A stretch of DNA of 58,775 nucleotides, counting the filler, from Sphacelaria rigidula (lineage: Eukaryota), in assembly GCA_964200075.2 (NCBI GenBank). It is 6 parts of 6 records of this genome, joined end to end, with 100 filler letters (N's around TTAATTAATTAA, not from the genome) between each part and the next. Parts side by side here need not be neighbours in the genome. Positions count along the whole stretch, not along the records: positions 39,252 to 48,963 come from CAXNAA020007917.1; positions 49,064 to 58,775 come from CAXNAA020007918.1; 4 more parts are not named here. One strand, written 5' to 3'. Made by a program: the position numbers and the translations under genes. The notes under the pieces were generated by a model. It was given only the letters and a program-made list of their open reading frames with translations. It had not been told where the DNA came from and ran no database searches. Shown piece after piece: positions 39,335 to 50,946 of this stretch (positions within the stretch are counted from its first letter, which is position 1; each line of letters opens with the position of its first letter).

Positions 39335-39594
39335 GAATTTATTTCAATAAGATTCAGTGCTTCTGCTTCGAAGAGCAACGTCTGCGCGCGGGAGAGGAGA
39401 TAGACATGCCGGTATTCTTTTTCTTGGATCCGGATATGCTCGACGACCCGGCGATGGACAACGTCAACAACGTCACATTGTCCTACACGTTTTTTCAGAC
39501 AGCGGAAGAGATTGAAACCGATGACGACGGCGAAGAAGGGGAAACGGCGGAAGGTCGGACGACGCCCGCGGCATTGGCAGTCGCCAACCGATGA
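39335..39594 (+). CDS. COX11: Cytochrome c oxidase copper chaperone COX11, last coding exon
   Basis: After acceptor acag| the exon reads GIYFNKIQCFCFEEQRLRAGEEIDMPVFFFLDPDMLDDPAMDNVNNVTLSYTFF...stop, containing the diagnostic CFCF and LSYTFF motifs. Confidence 0.96.
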
Positions 39595-41367
39595 CGATAT
39601 ACAGTGAACCATATAACTTAGGGTCACCGGTGGCATCTACAGCAAAAAGTAGAGGCGAAGATATTCCATACGATGGAAGCACTAGCTTGTTTTTGTTTTT
39701 GTTTTTTGTTTAGGGGGGCAGTGTCGGGCACGTCAACCATATGGGCGCGAGACCCCGCCATTTGGACCTTGAAGGATCACCTGTATGAAAAAGAAAGTCG
39801 TCATGTTAGTACACGCTCTATCCCACACCATCTCATCTCCAGGTGTCGAGAGAACATGACAGTGTTGACCAGTTTGAGTGTCTAGCGTTGTTTGAGAGTG
39901 AGAGCTTTATGATTCGCTCTAACTTGACCATTTTCTTGTGTTCTGTGTTCGTGTTATGCCCGTTAAACTGTCGTGTGCTTACAGCTACACGTCGATATCT
40001 CATCAAAGGCTTTAGTCTCGAGCTACTTCAGAAAGCGTCCTACTCGTATATGACCTGGAGGGGCATTTCGCAAGTGAAGGTGTTTCAGGCATTGACAAGC
40101 ATAGACCATTTTATAGAAGTCTGGAGTTCTAGACTTCCGCTGATTGACGAGGCCAATGCATTAATTAGTATATACATTGGATTCGTTGATCCTACGCCTA
40201 ACAGCTTTCATTCGAGCCACTCCTCGCCTGGCTCTGCGAAGGATTCCCGGAGAAACACCAGTCGATGAAGGGATGAAGATTTCCCATTTTTGGGGTTCTC
40301 ACTCTCCTTCAAACGCTAGATCCTCCATCTGGCGAAAACCCTGTTGGATATGCGTTTCGGTGGAACAGAGTATGGAGTATCCCCGTGTTACTGTTTCATG
40401 ACTGGTCCTTGAGCTGTTTTGTGGTATTTGTTATGTGGCTGCCGAGGGGAAAGCATGGCGCGTCACGACCGTTTGTTCGAAAACACGGGTACAGCTACAA
40501 CCTAGGTAATGGCTATGGCTCTCTCAAGTCTCATCCTGCCACGTCTCGGCAGTTAAGTGACTCTTCTTTTTTTTTTTTGCCGAGTCTCCGATGTTGGTTG
40601 GGCAACACGCCATATACCAGCCAGGCTGTGTCTTGTAAAATTATTTCAGTGTCGAAAACGTGCGATCGAACCGAATTCGCTCCTTTCTGATTCGTCCACA
40701 CAGGCCGTGCCTTATCAAAGTGTTCTTGACGCAAAAAAGTATGGTGGAATCGAATTGGTCGCTACGAGGCCGCATCAGATACGTTCACGGCATTTATGTT
40801 GTCAGATCGCTTCAAGTCCATTTTAGAATTAGTTGCGCGCGACAGGCAATGTCGAAAACAGGAGAGCGTAGCTGTTTCGAGCGAAACGAGCAACGAAGCA
40901 GCACGTAGCTTGTATGTTGCAGACAACCGTGCCAGATGCTACCCTTTCGCAGAATAATGCGAAACCCAAATAGTTTATTCGCAGCTACCCACCCAACCCC
41001 GAGGCGAAGATCACGAACTGAGCACAGGGGTACATACACTACAATGAAGTAAACCGACGCCACCACCCTTTTGGCATGACGTGTTTCTTTTCGTTGGCGA
41101 AAACTCGGGTACATTTGGCGACTGAGCACCGGTCCGAAGAACATATGGCGACTGAGCACCGTTCTGAAGAATCAATATACAGTGGATCTTCATTCGCTGA
41201 TTCGTCAACGAAGTTCTCAAAAACAGAACCATTGATCTTTGAATTTGTTCTGCGTTCCAAATTCCGTTCCTCATACCGGTGCTTGGTGAATAATCCATCT
41301 TGACAGTCCCGTCGCTTCGCTCCGCTCCCTGCCCCATCAACCGCGCATCCTCTCTCACAATTCAAAC

Positions 41368-43089
41368 ATGGAGAACAACAACAACATGAAAGCCAACAAC
41401 AGCAACAGCAACAACGACAAGAGCAGCAACAACATGGAAGCCAACGAAAACAACAGCAACATGAAAAATAACAGTAAAAACAGCAACAACGACTCCAGCA
41501 CCACTATCAGCAACAAGGAAAACACCGGCAGCATCAACCATAACAAGGAACATCACAGCGGCAGCAAGACGGCCACTGCCGCAGACAACGTGGCGATGAT
41601 GCGAAGTGCCCCGGGAGACACGCACTGCCGTGACGACATCAATCTCTCTGCCCCAGTCCAAGTCAAGCATGCGGGTGCCCCCAAAGATGCCAACAAACTG
41701 TACAAGGTGGCAGCGCGCAACCTCCGTCACGACTACGGGGTGCAGTCCATGACCCCCGCCAACCTCAAGAAGACTATGGCTCTGCTCGAGCTTCGCCCTC
41801 GCCGCCTCGTGGTGCACGGTTTGGCCTCCCAGCAGCTGCTGAGAGGAAGGAGCCGGCAGGATACGCTCGAGTCTGAAGGCGACGACACCAATGCCATGGC
41901 CTCGGCGTGGGAGTGCCTGGATATCAACAACGGCGACAGCAGCGACAGCCACGACGGTGATGGGAGAGAGATCCAAGAGGACATGACTGATGGCGGTTCT
42001 GATGATGGGCAACAGCCCCCTGGAGGAGACAGCAACTCCGACTCGGACTACCACGACAACAAGGCTCAACACCGCCGTGGAGACAACAAGGCAAGACGCC
42101 CTATCCACACGGCCCTGATCACCGGCGGCATCGACATACGCCCTTGCGAGACCGGGCTCCTGCTTCACGCCCTCGGTGTGGGACCTGGTCGTCTGGTGCG
42201 ACTAGGGCTGGTTGATCATGAGGCCCTGGGCGCCATGCACGGAGAGAGGGACCGCCGTCGTCACGGTGTCCAAAAAGGGCGGCGCCGGAGCGGCCACTCG
42301 CTCGCTCACCCCGCTTTCCCTCCACCGCGTCCTCATGGTCATGGTCACGGTGGTGGTCACCAGCGCGGCGGTAGCGGAGACGAGGGCCGCTATGGGCGTC
42401 ACGGCCCGTGCCACCGCAGGCTTGAGCACGGTAGCCCTTCCCACGGACACCACGGCGGGCTGCGGCAGGGCGCCGCGTGCTTTTCCTGCTGGCAACCTCA
42501 TGGCCCTCATGGCCCTGGTCGCTACGGCAAGGCGCACGGCGAGATGCACGGACGGCGCCACGGCGGGCCCAGGCGCGGCGGGCACAATATGCACGGCGGA
42601 AGCGGAGACGAGCATCGCCACCCGCCCCACGGCCGCGTTCAACGACGCGGCGGGCCGGAGCACGGCGGACGGCCTTGCGGTCATCCTTGTCCGTCGTGGC
42701 GCAGAGGTGGGAGTCCGCCATCGCCACCACGTCACGGGCCGGGTCACCGCGGCGGACCGATGTGCGATACGAGCGATGATGACCACATGCACAGGCCTCT
42801 CCGTCACGGTGGGCGTTTCCGTGGACATGAAGGCGGGCCCAGACGTGGCGGGATCATGCACATACGGCTGAGCGACGAAGATTCGCCCGGACTTGCTCGT
42901 CATGGCCATCGCCGCGGAGACCACGGCCACCCGATGGAGCGCGAGGGTGGTGAACACGAGCATGTCCGCCGTGGGGCTCATGGGCGTCATGGACCGCCGC
43001 ACTGCGGACATCTTCACGCTCATCGCGCCGCCAGTGGCGGCGGAGGTCGTGGGGCGAGGAGGATGGGTGGACACGTGGTGGCGTACTAG
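41368..43089 (+). CDS. Intronless 573-aa low-complexity protein (Asn-rich N-terminus, two 'LxxxPxRLVxxGL' modules, His/Gly/Arg-rich C-terminus)
   Basis: Long GC3-rich ORF with start context caaacATGg. The internal motif appears twice: LLELRPRRLVVHGL and ALGVGPGRLVRLGL. Confidence 0.75.
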   Translation: MENNNNMKANNSNSNNDKSSNNMEANENNSNMKNNSKNSNNDSSTTISNKENTGSINHNKEHHSGSKTATAADNVAMMRSAPGDTHCRDDINLSAPVQVKHAGAPKDANKLYKVAARNLRHDYGVQSMTPANLKKTMALLELRPRRLVVHGLASQQLLRGRSRQDTLESEGDDTNAMASAWECLDINNGDSSDSHDGDGREIQEDMTDGGSDDGQQPPGGDSNSDSDYHDNKAQHRRGDNKARRPIHTALITGGIDIRPCETGLLLHALGVGPGRLVRLGLVDHEALGAMHGERDRRRHGVQKGRRRSGHSLAHPAFPPPRPHGHGHGGGHQRGGSGDEGRYGRHGPCHRRLEHGSPSHGHHGGLRQGAACFSCWQPHGPHGPGRYGKAHGEMHGRRHGGPRRGGHNMHGGSGDEHRHPPHGRVQRRGGPEHGGRPCGHPCPSWRRGGSPPSPPRHGPGHRGGPMCDTSDDDHMHRPLRHGGRFRGHEGGPRRGGIMHIRLSDEDSPGLARHGHRRGDHGHPMEREGGEHEHVRRGAHGRHGPPHCGHLHAHRAASGGGGRGARRMGGHVVAY

Positions 43090-44296
43090 AGGAGATTCGT
43101 CTGATGAACACGTGTTTCCACGGGGCTTGGGCTGGGTGACGAGGAGCTCAGTGGAGTCTGCAGGATACACTGCAGAGAGGTGTTCTTTGTTATCTTCTTT
43201 TCGTAGTTTCATTTGCAAATGTGGCAGAGGCGTCTCTCGGTAAAACCGATACGAGGGATGGGGAACCTCTGTCCGTGTGCAATTGCTGTTTTTTTATGTG
43301 TGTCTACACACACACGACGTCGGTGGCATCGACTTTCGGTCGGCGTTCGTGGCCGTCACGGGATGCGAGCGGAGGTGGCCGCAGCCACGGCGTGCGGACG
43401 GCGTGTGGACGCGGGGGGGTCTGGTCAATGGGGGTGAGCCGGCTTGGGATTGGAGAACACGGGCGGGTGAGATTTGGGTGTGGTGGTGGGGTTGACGGGC
43501 GGGGTTGTGTGATTTCGAACTGCATGTCACGCAAGACGCGAAAATAATACACGTGAAAAAAACAATGTATGTGATGCATTTCGTCACTGCTGGACAAGGT
43601 CTGTTGTCTACAGCCGGAGTGGTCGGGGGGATTGTGTGGGTTGGTGAAGGTTTTTTAGTGAGTTGGAGTCTCACACTGCCTGCGATACGGACTACCACGG
43701 TACAGCACACATGTGCGGTAGTGGCATGTGTCCCGACGTTGGCGCCTAAGCCGGAGCGAGAGATGGCAGCCTGTCGGACTGTCTTGCCTCTCGCTGGATG
43801 GGTCCGTGATGAGAGCATGCATGCTTCCACCACGGTAACCATCATACGAAAGCGAGCGATTCTATTATTCGTTCGTATAAGTATCGGTGAGAGGTTTTTT
43901 GTCCTAGTTTTCCTGCAGAGGGAAACCGAAAAAAAAAAAAAAAGTGGTGCATTGATAGGTCACACGTGTGTAGGCGCCCGGATGGAGTGGCCGCAACGCG
44001 ATATCAGCGACGTGCGGAAGCGCATGTTTTTTTTCGGTTGGAGGAAGCATACCTGCTGCGAACGCGATCTTGTGTGCTGAGGCAGTCTAGTTTTGGTTCG
44101 TGAAGTGTGCGTCGTCTGTTTTTTTCCACCTGAATCTCGCGCATTTTGTGTATTGTGCGTCTGTTCTCCGGAGTCGGCTGAGTTGGTGGCCTCCTCTTCT
44201 GAAGCCCCGGCAGGTGCTTGTCGGGGGTACCCTTGGGACTAGAACTCGTCCGTCGCCTCACGTCCGTATCAGGTTGTTGCTCTCGTTCATATTTTC

Positions 44297-45568
44297 CACA
44301 CGTTGGACGAGGCATTACTCATCGACACCATTGTACTCGTGGGTATTTTTGAAAACACAACGAGCATGACTCGTGTACTGCAGTCGTTACTATTTTTCAC
44401 ATTGAGCAATGCCTCGTGTGCTTGAGTCATAACTTGATCTCACCACAACTAATGAGTCCTGCGCTGGAGTCATCACGTTTTTCGACAACGAGCAATGACT
44501 CGAGTGCTCGCCCTATTCATTTGGTCTCACAACGAGCTATGACTTGAGTGATCGCTCTAATAGTGTTGTTTGCACAACAAGCGATGACTCGAGTGCTCGC
44601 CTCATGAATGCTTTTGCACAACGAGCAAAGACTCCAGTGCTCGCCCTGTTCGTTTGTTTTTACAAGGAGCAATGACTCGAGTGCTCGCCCGAATAGGTTT
44701 TTCCACAACCGAGCTACCAAGTCGCTTCATGCAATCATTTCATTTTACACATGGTATGACTCGTTTGCTCGAGTCATCTGTCTTCCATCACGACCAATGA
44801 CTCGTTCTCTTGCGTCTTCTCTGGACGAGCGAGGCGTGAGACAGGGTGGAAGTTTTGTGAAACAACGGTAGAATATGGTAATATTGTTACCATTACAGAT
44901 CGTGCCAACCCCTTTGGGACCGGACTCCTCACAGTGGGTTTGTTTGTGGCACCCCGCTGCTATTAAATGAGAATGTAACGGTTCCACTCGAGAGATACTC
45001 TCTGCCGCTTCAGCAGAATTCTGATTTATGTGTGTGTTCGGGGGGGGGGGGGGGGGGGGGGGGGGGTGTAGTCATGATCATGCATGTATTTCGGGGTGTT
45101 GGATGAAATTAAAACGAGGTTTGGAGCTTGACGCTTATACATGTGCAGGTATGCATATGAACTTGAAAATTTCACGTTCAAGATCGTCCAATAGCACATA
45201 AAAATTATTTGCTCGTCGGATTGCTGACTCCTCCACTGAAGTCGTCCCTCACGAGCAATGACTCAAGTGCTCGCCCTTATATATTTTCCACAACAAGCAA
45301 TGACTCGAGTGCTCGCTCAATTAATTTTTTCCACAACGAGCGATGACTCGAGTGCTCGCCCTGTTAATTTTTTCCACAACGAGCAATGACTCAAGCGCTC
45401 GCCCGGTTGACGTTTTTCCACAACGAGCAAGGATTCGAGTGCTCGCCCGGATGATGTTTTTCCACAACAAGCAATGACTCGAGTGCTCGTCCTATTAATT
45501 TTCACGGCCAACGAGCAGCCCAACGAGTGCGAGTGCTACGAGTCACGCTCGTGCTCGTCCGACGTGTG
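44297..45568. mobile_element. Non-autonomous TIR transposon (hAT-like), 1272 bp
   Basis: TIRs CACACGTTGGACGAG and CTCGTCCGACGTGTG; perfect 8-bp TSD ATATTTTC (44289-44296 and 45569-45576); subterminal arrays of ACAACGAGCAATGACTCGAGTGCTCGCC near both ends. Confidence 0.85.
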
Positions 45569-46631
45569 ATATTTTCTCTTTCCCAGGTTCCCTGTATCGA
45601 GTATGTCCGTGTGTTCTCCTTGGGTTCCCCGGCTGACACGAAAGCAACGATACCATTGAGCTGAGAATAAACGTACGAAGATCGGTGTACATACTCACCG
45701 CTGGCCGGTAAAACAAATTACCCCTACAAGCCTCTTATTGAAAAACGTACAAAGAGGCTCATGACAGAGGGGGTGATTGCGGGTACCACCACAGAGAAAG
45801 GTAAAATTCCCACACCTGTCCGTCGCGGAATCGTCTTCTTACCATACTGCCTCCGTCTCATGAGTCTGTACAAATATGGACATCTAATCGTTCGGGTATT
45901 TCAACGCTGACGATCACCCTACAGTCGGGTTCGTTACAGAGATAACGCGCAGACGAAGCTGACCAAAAAAGAGAACAACCTTGTTTCCAATACTAAAGTT
46001 AATTCAAAATGTCCCCCATTTTGGCCTTTTTTGGTCCAGTTATACCCCAACCTTGACCGACTCTGGACGTTCTCACGTCGAGCACTAGCGATTACATGCA
46101 TGCTGAAAAAATGTTACATGGGGCGTGCGTAGGTTAGCGTCACGGAGATATCCAAAGCAGTGGTGCTTTTGGCGGTTTCCACATTTTTGTCACGATCTTT
46201 CGCGAGTCCCGGTTCTCCTATGCTTTACTGGGAAAAAGAGCGGAAAATGGCCATATTTTGACCAACCTACTTTTTCCCGGCCGCGAGGCTGCACGGGTCA
46301 AGCATCCACGCTGTAGAAAGGGTGTTGTTTTTAGCTCCAAAAACGCCAACGACTGCAACCAAAAAAACGAAAATTTGGACATCGTCAAGGGCTCGTACAA
46401 ACATAACTGCATAGACGTATGAGACAGAGGGAGTATAAAGATAGATGAAATTATGTCGATAGGAACTGATTAAATGTACGACATATATGGAAATGTATAA
46501 ATTGACAAAAATATACTGATCAAAATGTGTTATGGGTGACGTTACATGGATCCAAGTCAACCAACAGCAGCATGTAGCTGTTTCGAACAATAATGTATTC
46601 AGCAGGTGTTTGATGAAAAAACGTGCCGTGA

Positions 46632-46807
46632 GGCCGTGCCTTGGGGAAATATATTTCGATCGGAAAGGTGCGGCGGAAAAAAAAATCCGATCAGTTTGGC
46701 CGTCGTTCGTTCATATTCACGTCATTTATGTTGAAGTTATGGGAAATTTGAAAATTGCTTTTCCACCGCACTTTTCCGATCGAAAACTAATCTGCGAAGA
46801 CACGCCC
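46632..46807. mobile_element. Tourist/Harbinger-like MITE, 176 bp
   Basis: Ends GGCCGTGCCTT and AAGACACGCCC; inner inverted block cgatcggaaaggtgcggcggaaaa / ttttccaccgcacttttccgatcg; flanked by TGA on both sides. Confidence 0.65.
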
Positions 46808-47033
46808 TGAACACACGAATGGAGAGGGGGAAGGCAACGAGGAGAAGAAACGTGAACGAGAAAAAAAAATGGATTTTGGTCCTCCAGGGGTGGAACGAAC
46901 ATTCATATCGTACGTGCGCGGGCTACCATTCTTCGTGTACCCTTGACAGGAACCACTTTCATTTTTATGTCCGATTGGACTTTCGGCAAGTGGCCGCTTG
47001 ATAAGCCTGGGAGCCGTGGTTGAAACTGGAACG

Positions 47034-47105
47034 GGTTCCGTAGCTCAGTGGCAGAGCGTGTGACTGTTAATCACAAGGACGAGGGTTCGATGCCCTCCGG
47101 AACCG
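47034..47105 (+). tRNA. tRNA-Asn (anticodon GTT)
   Basis: Acceptor stem GGTTCCG/CGGAACC, D arm GCTC..GAGC, anticodon arm TGTGA-CTGTTAA-TCACA, T arm GAGGG-TTCGATG-CCCTC, discriminator G, and a T5 terminator at 47122-47126. Confidence 0.96.
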
Positions 47106-47136
47106 GGCCGAGATGGCTTCATTTTTGAGTCGCCGC

Positions 47137-47676
47137 TAGTAGGCCTTGACTCGTAAGGCATGCCAAAGGGGGGTTGAAGGCAAACCGTTAAAGGCGCGTC
47201 TCAGGCAAAATAGTTGGCTTCAGGCAACTGCTAAGGCATACCTTACCCCGTATTCATGCCTACAGTGCTATATTTTATAGCTCCGGATGCCTTAGACTTG
47301 CCTTAGACTTGCCTTAGACAATCACTCCGGTTAACCGAATAATTGCAGTGGGCGTTGTCACAAGCTTGACTAGTTGCCATTGTTTTTGTGGTACAATGTG
47401 TTTGCCTTTGTTAAATAAGGCATCTCAGGCGAAAAACACCTTATCAGGCAACCCCTTTTCGAAAAGGGGCTCTAAGGCAAAAGGTCAAACCCTGGTATCC
47501 CCACTCATTGTAGTTGGCGTCGTCATTCATGTGTCTTACTTCCATTATTTGTTGTAGTATATTTGTTTGCCTCGCCCGAACAAGGCATCTCAGGCGCCAT
47601 ACCCCCTCTCAGGCAACCCCTTCCTGAAAAGGGGCTCTAAGGCAAAAGTAAGGCATGCCTTAGAAGTCAGGGCCTA
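47137..47676. mobile_element. hAT-like MITE, 540 bp, inserted just downstream of tRNA-Asn
   Basis: TIRs TAGGCCTTGACTCGTAAGGCATGCC and GGCATGCCTTAGAAGTCAGGGCCTA (3 mismatches in 25); 8-bp TSD GTCGCCGC / GTCGCTGC; many internal TAAGGC/GCCTTA motifs. Confidence 0.8.
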
Positions 47677-48113
47677 GTCGCTGCGTCTTCGTGCGTTCTG
47701 CACAGTATAACCGTCGTCGCTCCGGAACCGGTTCGGAAATACCTCATCTTCGAGTCGCCGCGCCTTCGTGCGTTCTACACTGCTTAACTGACACTGACAC
47801 CATTAGGGTGGGAGAGAGCGGGAGGTCGTTTCCCGTCAGGTGCGTCTGAGTTTAATCTTCGCAATATCTTTGCAATATCTGATTTCCGCAGTTGCAAGCT
47901 TGAGTAAGTGAGTAGACAAGAACATCCTGTTTTGACTGAGCTTGTTTGACGAGAGCTGACGCAGTGTGGGAGTCCTGGTTTCATCCATGATAGATACCGT
48001 ACGGGGGAGAGATGGGTTGATCCCTTGAGACCACGAATAACTTGTCCCGAGGAAGGGGAGGGGTTCGAAATGTGAAAAAAAAGGGGGGGGGGGGCGAGCG
48101 ATTCGTAAAAGTG

Positions 48114-48381
48114 CACACGTGGGACAGCTCATGAGCTACCTGAATATTACCTTTTATTAGTGTACTGATCCGGATCACGAGCTGGCTCATGTGGTCGCTT
48201 TTCCCTTATTTTCTCCCTACAAGTACAGCGCTGGACACCAAGCATGCGGGGTGGCGTAAAGGTAGCACTTTGGCTTCTCGGACCCTGCTGTCACTTCATT
48301 TATGTTTTTGGATAGGGGATCCAAGAGTCCCCTTCGATTAGTTATTTTGGGTACAGTAGCTCATGACCTGTCCCACGTGTG
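48114..48381. mobile_element. hAT-like MITE, 268 bp
   Basis: TIRs CACACGTGGGACAGCTCATGAGCTAC and GTAGCTCATGACCTGTCCCACGTGTG; 8-bp TSD TAAAAGTG / CAAAAGTG. Confidence 0.8.
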
Positions 48382-48963
48382 CAAAAGTGGGTCAGGCTGC
48401 TCTCCGTGCCGGCATGCACGGTATCGCAAGGCATGTGGTGGTGATATTTGGTGCGTTATCGGGACCAAACACAGTTGTCATCGGCTCCACGACCGGTTGG
48501 GACCCCCGCAAACCAGTCCCAACGACTGTTGTAAACACGTCCCCTACTTTGTTCTTGTTCAAGGTCATGCCATAAAGAAGTTATTCATTTGGCCAAACTC
48601 TAGGCAGTTTATTTGTTAATTGCAGATGGAGTAGATGCACAGTCTGGCGATGATTGATCTGTCGAATGCCAACGGTGAAGACACTTCCGGATATGCATAA
48701 TCTTTTGTATGTGAAGTAGACTCATGGCCTTTATCCCTCCACGGTGACGTGCAAATCATACCAAAGGTATACTTGTTTTCCAGGATATTCATGTCTCTTT
48801 TCACCGGTCTTTTTTTATGGATAATGATGTTTCACACCCTGGACAAATATATGCTCAATAGTTGCAATAGGCGAGAAGTGTACTGCATTAAGTACAGGCC
48901 CATTGAAACCAACAGTGGATTTTCGAAAATGGGATTGGAAAAAAATGAGGTTCAACTCAAAAG

Positions 48964-49063
48964 NNNNNNNNNNNNNNNNNNNNNNNNNNNNNNNNNNNNN
49001 NNNNNNNTTAATTAATTAANNNNNNNNNNNNNNNNNNNNNNNNNNNNNNNNNNNNNNNNNNNN
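48964..49063. other. Artificial contig linker
   Basis: N44-TTAATTAATTAA-N44. Confidence 0.98.
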
Positions 49064-49162
49064 CGGGGGGGGGGGGGGGGTGGGGGGGGGGGGGGGGGGG
49101 GGGGTGGTGGGGGATAGAACCCGCATAATATAAGCATCTTACACGTGTCATTGCGATATGCT

Positions 49163-50873
49163 CAGGTGTCGAAATTTTTCGCACACTGGCCGATACAATA
49201 TGTTTTCGATATATATTAGTCGATCATATTGGAGTTTTGCGACATATTGCCGGCGTAATAAATATATATATATATATATATCGGTACCCTTCGGCTGCAC
49301 ATGTATTGCGCGCCCAATATATATATATATATATATTGATCCCGTGGGATTGTACACATATTGTCAGATCAATTAGGTAAATATAATATCTATTGGGGCA
49401 GTGTGGGTGCCGACATTTTGACCGACCAATATATATTGGGGTCACATTGGTAAGAGCATATTGACCTGTCATTACATATTGGAGCCACGTGGGTGCCATG
49501 GTATTGGCCGGTCAATATATATATATATATATATATATATATCCTTATAAGTATAGTGTACGCTTTGAGAAAAATCCAGAGGAGATGGATCCCGGAGCCC
49601 GTGCAGATTGGGAAAGGTTTCAAAGAAGACCACAGAAGTTCGCGTGCATTGCTACGGAGAGTTGTCGAATGCGTTTGATAAATACTTCGAAGTATATATG
49701 TATGTATATATTGGCCAGAATATGGTGACAGGAGAGGCGACCCGGTACATATGCCTTTTGATGCCTATCTGGCCACCGGTGCGGGGCCGCCCATCCCCTT
49801 CAAAGTATAAAATATATCTTGGCTAAACATCACGACGACAGAAAACGCGGGTCTATATGTGCCTTTTGGTACCCCTGTGATCACTGGTGCTGTGTTGCTT
49901 ATACCCTGGACAATACAATATGTTCCAATACGATACCAATACTTTGTATTTGAGACAGCGCAAATATTGTCCTTTCAATTTATATTGTGTTGATATGTCC
50001 TCGGAGACATTGAAGCAACAGCATATATTTCTCGTGTCATGATCGTGAAGTAATATATGACAATATGTATGTTGGACATGCAGTTGCTCCGGGAACAAAA
50101 CATTCTATATATATTGTGCATGACGGCCTTGTATGTACTGAAATGTCAATATATACATATATATTGAGTCGAAGCGATGCGTAACATATCGTTACCATAA
50201 TATATATTGAACACCAACCATGCAAAAGTATTGTTTTTCCAATATATATTGCGCATGTTCATCGCATGGCTGTTGTGCAGCCAATGTATATTGAAAACGC
50301 TCGCGGAGGAATATATTGAGCATTTTCGGCATGTAGTGATACATCTTTTATTGGCGCCCGTAGGCATGAAACTGCCCACCGAACTAATTGCGATACACTT
50401 TCCAATTTACATGTCGAATCATCAATATAATTGCTACACCGATATGTATTGTGACCGTCCGTTCCCTCGTGTGTTGTCCGCCCAATATATATTGGACGCA
50501 TTGACGCACGACATGTTGGGGCGGCAATATATGTTGACGCTTCGGGTGTTGAGTATATTGAACCGCCAACATACATTGACCTCGTGTAGCAGTCAATATA
50601 TTACCCGTCAAATACATATTGGTGCCTTGCCGCATCAACATATTACTCGGTCAATATATTTTGAGGTGGCGCGTGTCGTGACATATTGTTTGGTCTATAT
50701 ATATTGCATGTCACGAGCCATGACATATTGATGGCACAATATATAATGACCTGTCTCTTGTGCGATCATATTGCTCGCCCAATATATACTGACAACTCGA
50801 CGCGTCGACATATTAAGCGGGAAATTATATTACATATTGTTTTGTCCAGGGTGTAAAATATTTCGGACACCTG
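49163..50873. mobile_element. Degenerate TIR element densely filled with CAATAT/ATATTG motifs
   Basis: Left end caggtgtcgaaatttttcgcacactggccgatacaatatgt resembles the reverse complement of the right end (caggtgtccgaaatattttacaccctggacaaaacaatatgt). No TSD seen. Confidence 0.6.
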
Positions 50874-50946
50874 GGTCACGGACAAACAACAAACCTTCAT
50901 AGAAGGGGGCGAAGGGAAGGGTTACCGTTGTACATATATTCCATAC

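Noticed and set aside
41362-43243. Long antisense and alternative-frame ORFs (268, 338, 219 and 203 aa) over the His-rich gene
   Set aside because: Expected shadows of a GC-rich low-complexity coding sequence.
44480-45500. Regularly spaced ~28-bp repeats with short variable spacers, superficially CRISPR-like
   Set aside because: Spacers are only ~15 nt and similar to each other, there are no cas genes, the context is eukaryotic, and the array lies inside a TIR/TSD-bounded transposon.
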